Shown here piece after piece: positions 25,461-37,562 of a DNA stretch of 64,000 nucleotides. How positions within the stretch are numbered: the first letter of the stretch is position 1; each line of letters starts with the position of its first letter. A model generated the notes under the pieces. It did no database searches. It was given only the letters and a program-made list of their open reading frames with translations, and was not told the DNA's origin. A program made the position numbers and the translations under genes. The DNA is from Rhynchobatus australiae (taxonomy: Eukaryota): positions 108,159,442 to 108,223,441 of the forward strand of contig JAUZTB010000064.1 of NCBI GenBank assembly GCA_034780895.1, read 5' to 3'.

Positions 25461-26639
25461 AAGATTGGTCATACTGAGGAGAGACAGAGAAAGATGATGT
25501 CAGCTGGTCTACTGGCAGAGCCAACAGAATCATTATTGAATCGAGTTATTTGAGTGGAAAGCATAGTGACAAAATTAGCTCTGTCTTTGCAGTGGGCAGG
25601 AAGTTTGGCAGGTAGAACAGCTAACATGGCTGCTTGTGAGGAGGCAGTGCTATGCCTTGATTGGCCTTTAGGAGGATGCCAGCAGTCACACAAAAAGAAG
25701 CCACTGGATTACTTAAGGACGTCTCAAGCCTGTGGCAGAGGCAAGAAATGGATGTGGACAAGGAGTACTGAAAGATTGAGGTAGAGATTTGGGAGAACAG
25801 AATACTCGAATGGAAAATGAAAGGAGATATGAGGATAGGAGAGAGAGCTCGAGGAGGAGGAAAGAGAAAAGTCTCTAAGCTACGATGTAGCAGCTTACTA
25901 AGGAAAATAACAAGGATAAAGCTACAAACAAAACTTCCTTTACTGAAGGCAATCAACACTCAACTGAAAACAGTGGCTGGCACAATCTACCAAAAGTCAT
26001 ACCATTCTTAAAGGCATTCTCACACGCATGTATACATCCCCTTTAAAGTAAGTAGCAATTGCATGCAAACTATTAACTGCCTACAGACAGTAAAAAATAC
26101 TAGCAGTTAAATATTTACATGTATGAAATTGTTTAAGCCATTTACAGAGACAAGTCAACCAAACATAAATTTACTCAGTTTCTGGCTCTGTTGACTATAA
26201 ACTATGTGTTAGACTTAACATCCACAGTATTCACTCTAGAAACTAATAATTTCCATGGATTACCTCTCCAACAGGCTTCAAATGTAACTCATAACCTATA
26301 CTACAATTGTTATCGGAATACACTTGTTCTCTAACTATTATATAAATATGCATGCCATAAAATATTTCTCAACATTCACTGATTAACACCAAACACAGGC
26401 TAAGTAACACTGATTACTAACAGTTAGCGCAATGATGCTTTGTTTTTGGTATGTCACAAAATAATAAATAAGTCAATCAAATTAATTTTTAGTTTGATTC
26501 CTACTTAATATTCCACACCTTTGTGCCTGTGCTTTCACACAATCTTGTATCTTGATTTACATTCTGACTTCCTATAGCCAATGTACCCTTCTCTTCCTTG
26601 CAGTCTGCTTTTGGGTAACAAAGTCATCTCCATAATTCA

Positions 26640-26815
26640 AAGCGGCTTCAAAAGGATATGGACAAGTTGAATGAGTGAGCAAGATCATGGAAGATGGAAT
26701 AAAGTGTGGAAAAACATGAGTTTATCCACTGTGATGTACCTAACAAAATAGCAAAGCATTTGTTAAATGGGAAGAGACAGGGCTCTGTTGATGTTCAGGT
26801 GGATCTAGGTGCAGA
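26640..26815 (+). mobile_element. CR1 RT fragment
   Basis: LQKDMDKLNE*ARSWKME*.VEK, resembling LQ.DLD.L.EWA..WQM.FN..KC. Confidence 0.7.
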
Positions 26816-26824
26816 GAAACAACT

Positions 26825-26975
26825 GAAATGAACTTGTTTTCTCCTTTTCCCAGTTCTGATGAAAGATCTTTGACCTAAAATGTTAATTTTTTTTCTCCTT
26901 CCACAAATACTGCCTGACCTGCTGTGTGTTTCCATCATTTTGGTTTTTAGTTCAGATTTCCAACATTTGCATTTT
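26825..26975 (+). mobile_element. Older PLE-terminus fragment
   Basis: cagttctgatgaaagatctttgacctaaaatgttaa...ctgcctgacctgctg...tcagatttccaacatttgc. No TSD recognised. Confidence 0.65.
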
Positions 26976-29085
26976 TTTGATCATCAGTTACTGTTTGGAG
27001 CTGACATCAGCAGGTTCATGCTTAATGTTACAGCTCTCATAGGACCTTCAGAACTATTGCTCCTCCACATCACAATGCAATCCTTCCTTAAGGTATCAAG
27101 CACAATCTGAGGTTGTTTCCATCCATTCAGTAATTCCATAAATAGCAAACGCCTTGTAGAAACTCAGCTCCTTCACAAGACTAATATTGTCTCTTCAGCC
27201 GCAGCATCATCATCTGACTTAACTAAAATTGCCTTGTTACAGTACCCCATGCCAAGTTTTTTTGCATCCCACCTTATTTGTGGACGCTTGCAATGCTGCA
27301 GCTGTTGTCCCAAAGCTCCACTGAAGTAGCTCTCTTATACTGTTCAAGCAGTTTAAGGACCCTTCCTCTGAATAGCTCCACATCAATAATTGCACATGCG
27401 TCAATTCCTCTGAAACTGCTAAATCACTGATCAAATAGGAATCTGAACTTGGACTGCTTAAAATAATTCAAGTTTCACTCCATTACATTGCACCATGGTC
27501 TAATTTATTGACTCATTTGGAGATTGGCTGTGCAAATTTCCTCTTCAACCTCATGGTAGCCTCACAGATGCTTCTGCAATGGACACCTTCTGCCCTAGTA
27601 CTTATCTGGCTGCTGTTGTAATGTCATATTTGCTTTACCTACCACTAGATTAGTGAAGTGGACATCTGCACCAACCTTGCTGGTGGACACACAAACAGTT
27701 AGCATTGAAAACTCCTGGCTTCTGAAGAATACTCTTAATAGTCCCTTCATGTCACAAAAGGTGTGTGTGTTGTTGACATTGCCAACTTAAGCTACAACTC
27801 TATTTCTGAGAATATCACATTTCTACTCCCTGCCATGCAATTTCACCATGTATTTTGCTTAATCTTTTCTTGATGTCTTTAGACACAATTTTTTCCTGCA
27901 TTAGACCAACTTCCATCTTATCTCTTCCAGGAAGCCCTTACATCTTAGCTACCTGCTTAGCTTTACCTTTTAGCTAAAGCTTAAACTTCAGAAACNNNNN
28001 NNNNNNNNNNNNNNNNNNNNNNNNNNNNNNNNNNNNNNNNNNNNNNNNNNNNNNNNNNNNNNNNNNNNNNNNNNNNNNNNNNNNNNNNNNNNNNNCTTAG
28101 CTTTACCTTTGAGCTAAAGCTTAAACTTCAGAAACATTGTTTTAAACTACTTAAGACTGGCCCTGGTGCATTGTCATGTGTAGCACTATGCCTTTCCACA
28201 GGGAGAGACACAGCTTTACTTTGCTTTACTCTCATCTTTGCTGTACCTTCATCACAAATTATATTTTCTGTCACCATCTCAGGTAATGGAATGACAGCCA
28301 TCAATCTTTCATTTTAATGAGTGCTTATTTGGACCAGCAGCCAGTGATTTTGATTAGGCCGTGACAGTGAGCTCTAGACTTCTTGGCAGCTCTCAAGCTC
28401 AGCTAACCAATGATATATTTGGGTGAAGTTGATCTCTTAACTGCCCGATGCTATGCTTCTTGCAAACATATAACCCTTCAATCCGAGTGACTCAATCTAA
28501 TCTGTGTCCACGATCACTAGTACATATTCCTAATCCATGATTATGATAGATAACTGGATCGATCCATGACTTCCAACAACTCAACTGTTTACTTCCACAA
28601 AATTAGGGATTCCTTCCTGCACAGGTGTCCAACACCACTTTGCTCTGCATCAACAGAAACTGTGGAGATATTTCCGATATATCAAAGGGACAAGGAAAAC
28701 ATGATCTGTTATTAGAGTACACTTTTTCCAGTTACTGAATGAAGAACAGGAGGTAGTCCAGAATTAAGGATTCTAATGGTGGGATGAAGGTCCTAAGATG
28801 AAGTCAGCATGCAGCAACACTAAACTGTTGCTTAAGTTTGTAGACAATGGAGGATGTTTGAAGGGTGGTGTGTTGCATGGTGCACTTATGATGTATTTAA
28901 ATAAGACTGAAGATCCAAGTGGTGTGCAGTATTGCCTGTGGTGCAGATAGAAGACAATTGAAAAGCTGGATGTTACCATAAAATCCAGAAACAGCAAAGA
29001 GACATGATAATCTAACCAGGAACCAATGTTGTGCCTAATACACAATTATATTAGAGACACTACTGACAACTGGTGAAAGATAAAC

Positions 29086-29226
29086 CTACCAACAGTCCAG
29101 ATGAAGGGTCTCAATGCAAAGCTTCAACTGTCCGTTTCCCTCTATGGATGCTGCCTGACATGCTGAGTTCCTCCAGCATCTTATGTGTTGCTCCAGATTC
29201 CAGCATCTACAGTCTCTTGTGCCTCC
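29086..29226 (+). mobile_element. Short PLE-terminus insertion (141 bp)
   Basis: 10-bp TSD aaagataaac (29076-29085 and 29227-29236). Body reads cagtccagatgaagggtc...gatgctgcctgacatgctgagttcctccagc...agattccagcatc. Confidence 0.85.
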
Positions 29227-29889
29227 AAAGATAAACTTAGTTTTATTCAAACACTTATTTGCAAAGACAAAGTACAGGCACTCACAAGTTGCACAGTATA
29301 CTAACTGTCAAGACTCGAGGTGATAAGTCTTAGACTTCTGGTTCCCTTGTTCTCTGAGTCCTCCTTCTCAGTGTCAGTCCTAGGTTCTCACACCAAGTTC
29401 CAATATCTGCTAAGGAGTTAAATCCTGTTTCCAAGACCCATCTCTCTCTTATCCCTTCTGTTCTCCTCCAATGAGATGATACCAGATCAATAGTCCAGTC
29501 CTGGTCTGACCCATTTCGTCAATTTTTTTCACATTACCACTGGACTATTGGACATTACATTTCTATCTCCATCTTCCACTATACCAGTTGTGATGATTCA
29601 CAGTTGTTGCTGGTGAGCCAATCAAGGACAATGAAGCATAAAATTGATTGATCCTGACCTCTCAAGCAAGGACTTCACATTTCAAACCAGATTCTCACTT
29701 CTTCCTGCTGTTCAAATCAAGGATGTCACTGAGATGCTAATCTTGTTACAGCTAGATGCCAGTGTTTTTGTTTACATCATATTTGGCCCCTGGCTGTCCT
29801 TTATCCTATGGTAGACTGGTTTATCTTGTGATTGAGTCATTCGTTATTCAAGTCCTTGCTGTTAATTTCTTAGCATTCTCAGGGAACCC

Positions 29890-30035
29890 ATGGGCCATGC
29901 AGGGGTGGGGCTTAGAGGGATATGGACTAAGCACAGGAAATTGGGACTAGATGGGTGGGCACCATGGATGGCACGGACTCGTTGGGCTGAAGGGCCTGTA
30001 TCCATGTTGTATTGCTCTATGACTCTGTGACTCTA
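29890..30035 (+). mobile_element. CR1 3' end
   Basis: ttagagggatatgg...ttgggctgaagggcctgtatccatgttgtattgctctatgactctgtgactcta tail. Confidence 0.8.
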
Positions 30036-30404
30036 TTACCCATCCTTGTATGCAACNNNNNNNNNNTCCAGGTGCTTATTCAAACTGAAACCTGTCAATT
30101 TTTCTGTTCTGCAATGGTGATTTTTATCTGTTTGACGTGGGAGTGCAACACCAGCCAATAACAGGTGCAGCAACCATGGAAGATGGGTTGTAAACTGATC
30201 AGTTACTTTAAAATTTATGCAACTAAGTAGCATATTAGAATCACAGCAAATGAGTTTTATAATGCAGTTCAGCTCAGAAGCAAATTTTTCGTTTCATAGA
30301 AGTCTAGGAATTTAGAATTGAAATTTGAGAAAAATTCCAGTTCTTAGTGAGGTAAACAATGAGACTTCCACAGCTATGGGAAGAAAGAAGGAAGGATTTC
30401 TGAA

Positions 30405-30790
30405 AAAAGAAGATTTGCATTTATATAACACCTTTCACTTCCTTTTGAGAAAATCCCAAAGCATTTTACAGCCAATGGAGCAATTTTGAAGTGAACGTCA
30501 GTCAACTTGGGTACTGTAGGCTTCCATGAACAGCAGTCTGAATGACCAAGCAATCTGCTTTTTTCCCAAGAATGATGATTAAGGGATATTAAGAACAGCA
30601 GCTCTCCTTCAAAAAAGCACCGTAGGATCATATCCACTTGAGATGCAGACACGGTTGGAAGTACTGTCTTTTGACAGTACTTCCAACTGTGCAGCACTCC
30701 CTTATACTTTGGTGTATAAATCTCTGGAATGAGTTCAGAGCCCTCTGACTCAAGAGATAAGAATACAACTCACCGAGCCATAGCTAACAC
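30405..30790 (-). mobile_element. DeuSINE-like SINE with L2-type tail
   Basis: Reverse tail ttgcatttatataacacctttcac...cccaaagcattttacagccaatg, Deu-like core tgtgcagcactccct, and head ctctgactcaagag...caccgagcca. Confidence 0.7.
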
Positions 30791-31519
30791 TTAGGAAGTC
30801 ACCCAGAGATGTATATCCAAGTACCTGCTAAACCTGATTTAAGACATTACAATTATGTGGCTGTCCTGACAAACATTCCAACAGTAACCAGCCCTTAGCA
30901 ATTATGCATAGCTGCCTGAGAGATTCAGAGGCAAATACCTAAAGGCTGAGCTCACTTTTTCAACCACTAGAAATGCACATCCACTAATTCCATCAGTGAG
31001 TATGAGACTTACCACCACACCTACCACCAGACATGACAACCTTGGCTTCCAGAAGCAAAGCTTATTGGAGAAGTCAGGATGCTGACGTTCTGTCTGTGCC
31101 CTACTATTTGAGTTGCACTTCCTGTCATAAAAGAACAATCTCTGTTTTATATCTCTCTGTTCACCAGTTGAAGGTTCCAACATAATGCTGCTGATGATAA
31201 TTACCTTGCTCTTTGTTAAGGCCCAATTTAAGAAAGCCAGGATGCTATCTATCTTGAATCAGTGTTTCAGTACTTCTAAAATGCACAAATTAACCTCTCA
31301 AGAAAACATTTTCAACAAACAGTTCTTAGTGGCAGTTAATAAAAGTTGACTTCTTATTATATGATCTTGAAATTTTAACGAATCGCATGAATTGCCTGCC
31401 ATGCTTGCCTTAGTTTTAATGACCATTTTCAGCAATGCCGGAAAATCATGAATGGTAAAATTAAATCCAAGTCAAATTTTTGTCAAAAATAACAAATCAC
31501 CAAAATATCATAGTACCAT

Positions 31520-34190
31520 AAATCACATAAGTGATAACCAAAGTAGAAGGTCAGGCAGCATCCGTGGAAAGAGAAGCAGAGTTAATATTCCAGATCTGAT
31601 ACCCTGCAGAGAAGGTGGGGGAGGGATGGCTAGAACAAAGGAAGTATCTCTGATATGGTGAGACCAAATGACTTAAAGTGGCATTTAGAGTCACATAATG
31701 CTTCTTTGTCTCTGTTATGTGTTACTAATAGCAGGATTGTGGAACATGCCTAGCAGACAGGCTATAATAAAGGAGGAAAAAAAACCCTGAGCCAAAATCA
31801 CAGATGGCCGTTTCTGATGCAGACAGAAAGGAAGAGCAAGTTACCTAAAGTTGGGGAATTCAATAATGTGCCTGATAAGATAATGAGATATTGTTCCTCA
31901 AGCCTGTGCTGGGTTGTGTTGTAATAGTGCAGGAGGTCTTAGAAATTAGCACAGAGTGGAAGTGGGTTGGTGAGTTAAAGTGACAGGGAACCAAAGGCTC
32001 AGGGTCACGCCTGTGGACCAAATGCAGATGCTCCACAAAATGATTTCTCAATGTGCACATGGTTTCTCCAATGGAGAGACGATCATATTATGAATACTGT
32101 ACAATAGAAAAAGTAAGTGTTACTTCACATGGAAAGACTGTTTGTGTCCCTGGATGGAGGGAGGAGGTGAAAAGACAGGTGTTGCAAACCCTGCGGCTAT
32201 ATGGGGAAGTGCCATAAGAAGGAGAGTGGTAAGTGACAGTGGAAGAAGAGTCCAAGGAGTTGTGAAGGGAGTGATCCCTTTGAAATGCTGAAAGAGGAGG
32301 GAGGGGAATATGTGTCTGGTGGTGGAAATTTGTGGAGCTGGCAAAAATTGTTAGGGATCACCCATTGAATATGGAGGCTAATGGGGTACAATTTGAGGAT
32401 CAGTCCTTGCCCTGTTCTTGCTCTGTCCAGAAGGGGTGAGAACAGTGGGCAGAAAATAACTGCAATGCAGTCAAGGGCTCAGTCCATCATGGTAAGGGTG
32501 AAGCCACAGTTCAGGAAAAAGGAAGAATTTTGGGGCCATCTGTGCAGAAAGTCTCATTGTCAGAGCAAAGCGACAGAGACAAAGGAACTGGGAGGATGGA
32601 ATTGAGTCCTTGCAGGAACAGGGAGGTAAAGCCAAATGACTGTGGGAGTCTCTGGGTTTTTAGAAGAAGTTGCTGGCTCAGCCTATCTCCGAATGGAGAT
32701 GGAGAGTCCAGAAATAGAAGAGTTAAAGATGGATCACTGAAGGTGAGACCATGAAGTAGTGAAGGAAATTAGCCTCAGAAGTAATGGAATTTTGACTTCG
32801 ATATGGGAGCAGGGAGCAGTAACAATGAGTGCAGAAAGCAGGAACAATGCAGTTGTCATCAATGTACCATAAAGAGTTGAGAGAGTGGGCCTGAGTAGGA
32901 CTGAAACAAAAATCCAATAACAGACATAGACATAGTTTGGGTCCATGTGAGTGCCCATAGCTACACCTTTGATCTGGAGAACATCAGTGGAGTTGAAGGA
33001 AAAGATGTTCAATATGAGGACAAGTTGAGCCAGGTGAACGAGTTTGTTGGTGAAGGGGAACTGATTGGGCTTCAGTTCAAAGAAGCAGAGGGCTTTCAGA
33101 CCCACCTGTTGTGAGAAAGGTTCTTTTGGATCTTAAGGATAGAGATCTGGACACACATCTTTGTACTTTAAAAGGAGGATTTTATTCACAAAGACCGATG
33201 CAGGAACAGAATGTGAAGGAACAAATGTACACTCACACACTCGCACTAGGGTGATCATGAAACTTGGAGGGAGTCGCAACAGGGGTGAAATGCACATACA
33301 CTCACACACACATGCACACACACGCAACGTACTAATACAAATGATCAGGGAATGAATGAATACATTGTCTGGACCCCTGAATCGGGACAAACAATGGCTC
33401 TACGCTACTGGGAATCTATTCAGGACGCTCCTAAACCCCTGTGGAAGTGCACCCTCTCACCTGTGGTCTCGACCCCAGCAGTAATCGGAAAAGAGGGAGA
33501 GAACCAAAAATGCAGCACTTTTATACTGCTGGGGGGTTGGGTGGTCCAACGAGGACAAAGGTGTTTTAATTGGGCCAATGGTTAGATGTGCCCAGCACAA
33601 AGGTGCTTGCAAAGACCAATCCGAGTGGTCCAACAAGGACAAAGGTGTTTACCTAATGGGGTGGAGCCAAACCTTGATTGACAGTGGTGTCACTTTCGGC
33701 CATGTGCTCAATGGTGTCATTCCCAGCCAGAGGGGTCAGTGTTGTCATGGTCACATGACAGCCATAACCTTTTACACAACACCACCTGATGTTAATTGGA
33801 GGAGTAGAGGGGTTGTATGTGAATGGTGACGATGAACCAGTCAGGACAGATAATTTTGGAACTGCCGAAATGGCAGAAGACATCCTAAGTTTCATGGATG
33901 TAAATGGACCAGGGAGAAAGAATGGAATCAAGGTCGAAAGAAATAAGTTCAGTGGAACAAGAGAGGCTGAGACAATGGGTCTGCCTGGACAGTCCTGCTA
34001 ATGGATCTTGGGTAGAAGCTAGAAGTGGGCTGTGCAGAGCTGGGGCACTACAAGTTTGGAAGCTACAGATGGAAGATCTCCCAAGAAATTACGGTCTGTG
34101 ACTCAGTCGAAACAATGTTCTTATGTTTTATGGTGGGGTCATGGTCCAGAGGGCGATATGTGGATGTGTCTGAGAGCTGACACATGCTTC
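31520..34190 (-). mobile_element. Decayed Penelope-like retroelement (RT + GIY-YIG endonuclease), interrupted by the solo LTR
   Basis: Minus-strand remnants LNIFSFNSTDVLQIKGVAMGTHMDPNY and WYIDD (PLE RT) and LRNHFVEHLHLV...PLVPCHFNSPTH (GIY-YIG region). Many stops and frameshifts. Confidence 0.85.
33107..33781 (-). mobile_element. Solo LTR (675 bp) inserted in a Penelope-like element
   Basis: TG...CA ends with a 14/16 terminal inverted repeat (tgttgtgagaaaggtt / aaccttttacacaaca). 5-bp TSD ccacc at 33102-33106 and 33782-33786. Minus-strand TATAAAA at ~33519-33525 and AATAAA at 33181-33186. Confidence 0.88.
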
Positions 34191-34199
34191 TGAAATGTC

Positions 34200-34970
34200 T
34201 TCCTGACTCTTGACTTCCCCTCTATCATGGCATCTTATCTATTTCCCATACCTGCTCATAACCCTCTCCTTGGGATATGCAACACCTGTCCTTTCACCTC
34301 TTCCCTTCCCAACTTCTAAGGACCCAGTCTATTCAGGGGAAGGAGTGATTCACTTCCATATTTTCCAATCTAGTGTATTGCACTCAGTGTTCAAAATATG
34401 GCCTCTTCTGCATTGGATAATCCATATACAGGTTGAGTGATCACTTTGCAGAGCACCTGCATTTTGGCTTCTGATTTTCTGCCACTTTAATTCTCCATGC
34501 CACTCTCACTCTGATCTATCGGTGGCCTTCTGCACTGTTATAAGGAGAAAGAGCACTGAGCAACAAGCTCGAGCAACAACCTCTCATCTGTTGTCTGGAT
34601 GTGGTGTAGCCTGCAGGACTTCATATATAATTCTCCAATTTTAGGTACTCACTAATTCTTTCTGGCTGTCTCAGCACTAAGCATTTCCACCAGTCATCTG
34701 TCTGTGATTTTGGTCAGTTTGTCTCTCTCCATTGGTACAACCTGGTCTGCAGAGCATTTCCTACAACACTGCTATTAGCAACGCAAACCACAAAAGATAA
34801 CATGCTTCTAAATGCCACATTAACTATCACCCTATCAGAAGTATTCCCTATGTTCTACCCATTCCTCTCCCTCCTTCTCTGCAACTGAAAACTAACGTGT
34901 TTTCTCTCTTTCCCAATTCTGATGCAGAGGCTCGGATCTGAAATATTAATTCTGTCTCTCTTTCCACTGG
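34200..34970 (+). mobile_element. Inverted copy of the Penelope-like 3' region
   Basis: Similar to the reverse complement of ~31550-32250, e.g. ttctaaatgccac vs gtggcatttaga. Contains tttgcagagcacctgc and gccactttaattctcc. Confidence 0.75.
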
Positions 34971-34987
34971 AGGTACGTTGTTTACTG

Positions 34988-35262
34988 TCTGGCACTGGAT
35001 ATTTGATGTCCACTGGGTGGTGTGCACTGGGAGTTTAATGTGCTCTGGCTGACACTGGGTGTTTGATTGCATTGGCTGACACTGGGTGTTTGATGTGCAT
35101 TGGCTGGCACTGGGTGTTTGATGTGCATTGGCTGGTACTGGGTAATGTGCACTGGCTGGCACTGGGTGTTTGATGTGCATTGGGTGATGTGCACTGGCTG
35201 GCACTGAGTGTTTGATGTGCATTGGCTGGCACTGGGTGTTTGATGTGCACTAGCTGGTATTG
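34988..35262. repeat. Minisatellite, ~28-bp unit (gatgtgcattggctggcactgggtgttt), roughly 9 imperfect copies
   Basis: Tandem units are directly visible. They explain the repetitive ORFs at 34848-35308. Confidence 0.92.
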
Positions 35263-35279
35263 GACCTTGCCTTGGCGAA

Positions 35280-35660
35280 TGCAAATCCATCCCAGCGAAT
35301 CCATTCAATCACGTGACCAACTACCCCTCTGATATCTGTTTACGTATCCCATTCCTGGCCCGGCTGCTGCATGATTGGCATTAATTCTGACCATACAGAG
35401 TGGAGCTTGGGTTTTGACGCGACGGAGGTGGTGACGATCCGTGTGGAGGAGCTGCTCGGGAGCGACGTTCTTCCACGATCAGCCGGGCTGGTTGAGGACG
35501 GTGGAGGGGGGCCGTGTATGAGTACCCGCTGAGCGGCTGGAGCTCGGGCCGGGTCGGCCTGTTTTAGCGTTGGGCTGCGGGGGGTTCAGGCCTAATGTGT
35601 TTTCGGATACACGGCTCCAGTGGTACATTCAGCGCCGGCACTGCTCCTACAGCAGGGGCT
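35280..35660 (+). promoter_or_regulatory. CpG-rich putative TMEM184C promoter / 5' region
   Basis: The only clearly CpG-dense stretch in a CpG-depleted window, 0.65-1 kb upstream of the ATG. Contains TCACGTGAC (35309-35317) and a reverse CCAAT (gattgg, ~35373). The TSS and any non-coding exon could not be defined. Confidence 0.7.
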
Positions 35661-35682
35661 CCCTGCACGGAAAGTGTCCAGA

Positions 35683-35925
35683 GTGCAGGGTCCCCCCTGT
35701 AGTGAGGGGGGTGGGCGGGGTGCCCCCTGTAGTGAGGAGTAGGTGGGGTGCCCCCTGTAGCGAGGAGGGAGGGGGGCAGCCAGGGTGTCTGCTGGAGTGA
35801 GGGGGTGGGCAGGGTTGCCACAATAGTGAGGAATTGGGACAGGCAAAGGGATGTCCCTTGGAGTGAGGGAGTTGGACAGGGTATACCCGGGAGTGAGGGA
35901 GTGAGCAGGGTGCCCTCTGTAGCAA
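35683..35925. repeat. G-rich minisatellite, ~29-30-bp degenerate unit (cagggtgccccctgtagtgaggggggtggg-like)
   Basis: Repeated ggtgccccctgtagtgagg and ggagtgaggg units that decay toward the right. Confidence 0.8.
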
Positions 35926-36258
35926 GCGGTGGTATAGGAGGCAGTGTGATCACTTATAGAAAAGTGGGAACTGGGTGTGTTGTGTCCACTGTAGATGTTC
36001 ATTTGTCCATTGTGTCCAGGGGACAAGGTGACCTCTGCAGGGAGGGAGAGCCTAAGTGGGAGGGTTACCTTCATAGTGAGGATAACCAGGTATCAGGACC
36101 CCCACTGCTGAATGGTTATCCTGATGAGTGTGTTCTGAAACGGTTCAGAAGGGCAAGCTGTGCCTGAGAAAATTTGAGGACTTTTTTGCTCAAACCAAGT
36201 GTGCAGTGGGGTGGTGTTAGAGCTTGTTCCTACTGCATGTGGATTCAGTAGGATCTGA

Positions 36259-36429
<171 letters not shown>

Positions 36430-37289
36430 TGATGGTCACGTTCAATTTCATTATAAGGTATTTCTGCTTTAAAAGGTATTGCACTTAAATTGTAAAGGGT
36501 TATATTTTGTACAAATGCATTCCAAGTCAAATATAGTGGGATAATGGGTCTTCAGCATCGCTGACAGTAATCTGGAGGAAGTGATCAGAATTTGCAAATG
36601 CAGTTGGACTTGAGGCTTCTGGTTAGGATGCTTTGTATTTGGAAAAGCTTCACTTGAAAGGAGAAAGGAAGATGATGTTCTTGATAAAAGGGTGAAGAAA
36701 AAGATTAGATTAGATTGGGAGATAAGGAGAAGGAAATAATAAGGGGCAGCAGCCTTCTGGGTGAAGGAAAATGCAAAGAGAAGCACACACATTTTGAAGA
36801 TGCTCAGTTTGCCTTGGCTCCCTAATTTAGAGAATTTCCTTAATTAAGTAATGTTGCATCTCCAAAGAGACCAGAAAACTTCATAGCTATTCAAAAGTTG
36901 CACCTGGTTAAGGGGCTTGGAGAGTGAGGAAGACCTGTGGGAATCCTGCTTCCATATTTAAAAAGCCAAATTCCATTGCAAGGCTAGTAATGCATTTTTA
37001 GGGTGGATCTATTATAAACATGGGCATAAGAATTTAATGATAGAATATAAGGTCTCTGTGTGTCAAAAATAATTGCAGCACAATAAAGTATTTCCATACA
37101 TGACACTCAAAACCAAACTCATTATCTCAAATCATTTAACTAACTTCAGATTTTTTTCTTGTAGAACCATAGAACAATACAGGCCCTTCGGCCCACCATG
37201 TTGTGCCGCCCTTTACAACATTTAAAACAAAATGCTTCTTTATGTATCCATGGTATTTATTTGTTTTCAGTAATTTTTGCTATTTTTAA

Positions 37290-37487
<198 letters not shown>

Positions 37488-37525
37488 TAAAAAGTTTGAT
37501 GTCATAATTTTCTGTCCCTCTGCAG

Positions 37526-37562
37526 GATCCTGTGGATGGTACCTATTTATAGTTTAGACAGT
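37526..37562 (+). CDS. TMEM184C: TMEM184C coding exon 3 (37 nt)
   Basis: Acceptor ctctgcag, (R)ILWMVPIYSLDS, donor gtaagt. Confidence 0.95.

Noticed and set aside
27956-28135. 40-bp direct repeat flanking a 100-N gap (one mismatch)
   Set aside because: Most likely overlapping contig ends broken at a heterozygous site, not a real duplication.
34988-35262. 28-bp repeats as a CRISPR array
   Set aside because: Units are contiguous with no unique spacers, there are no cas genes, and the context is a vertebrate genome.
34848-36167. Repetitive ORFs of up to 160 aa on both strands
   Set aside because: By-products of stop-poor minisatellites and GC-rich promoter sequence, with no protein-family signal.
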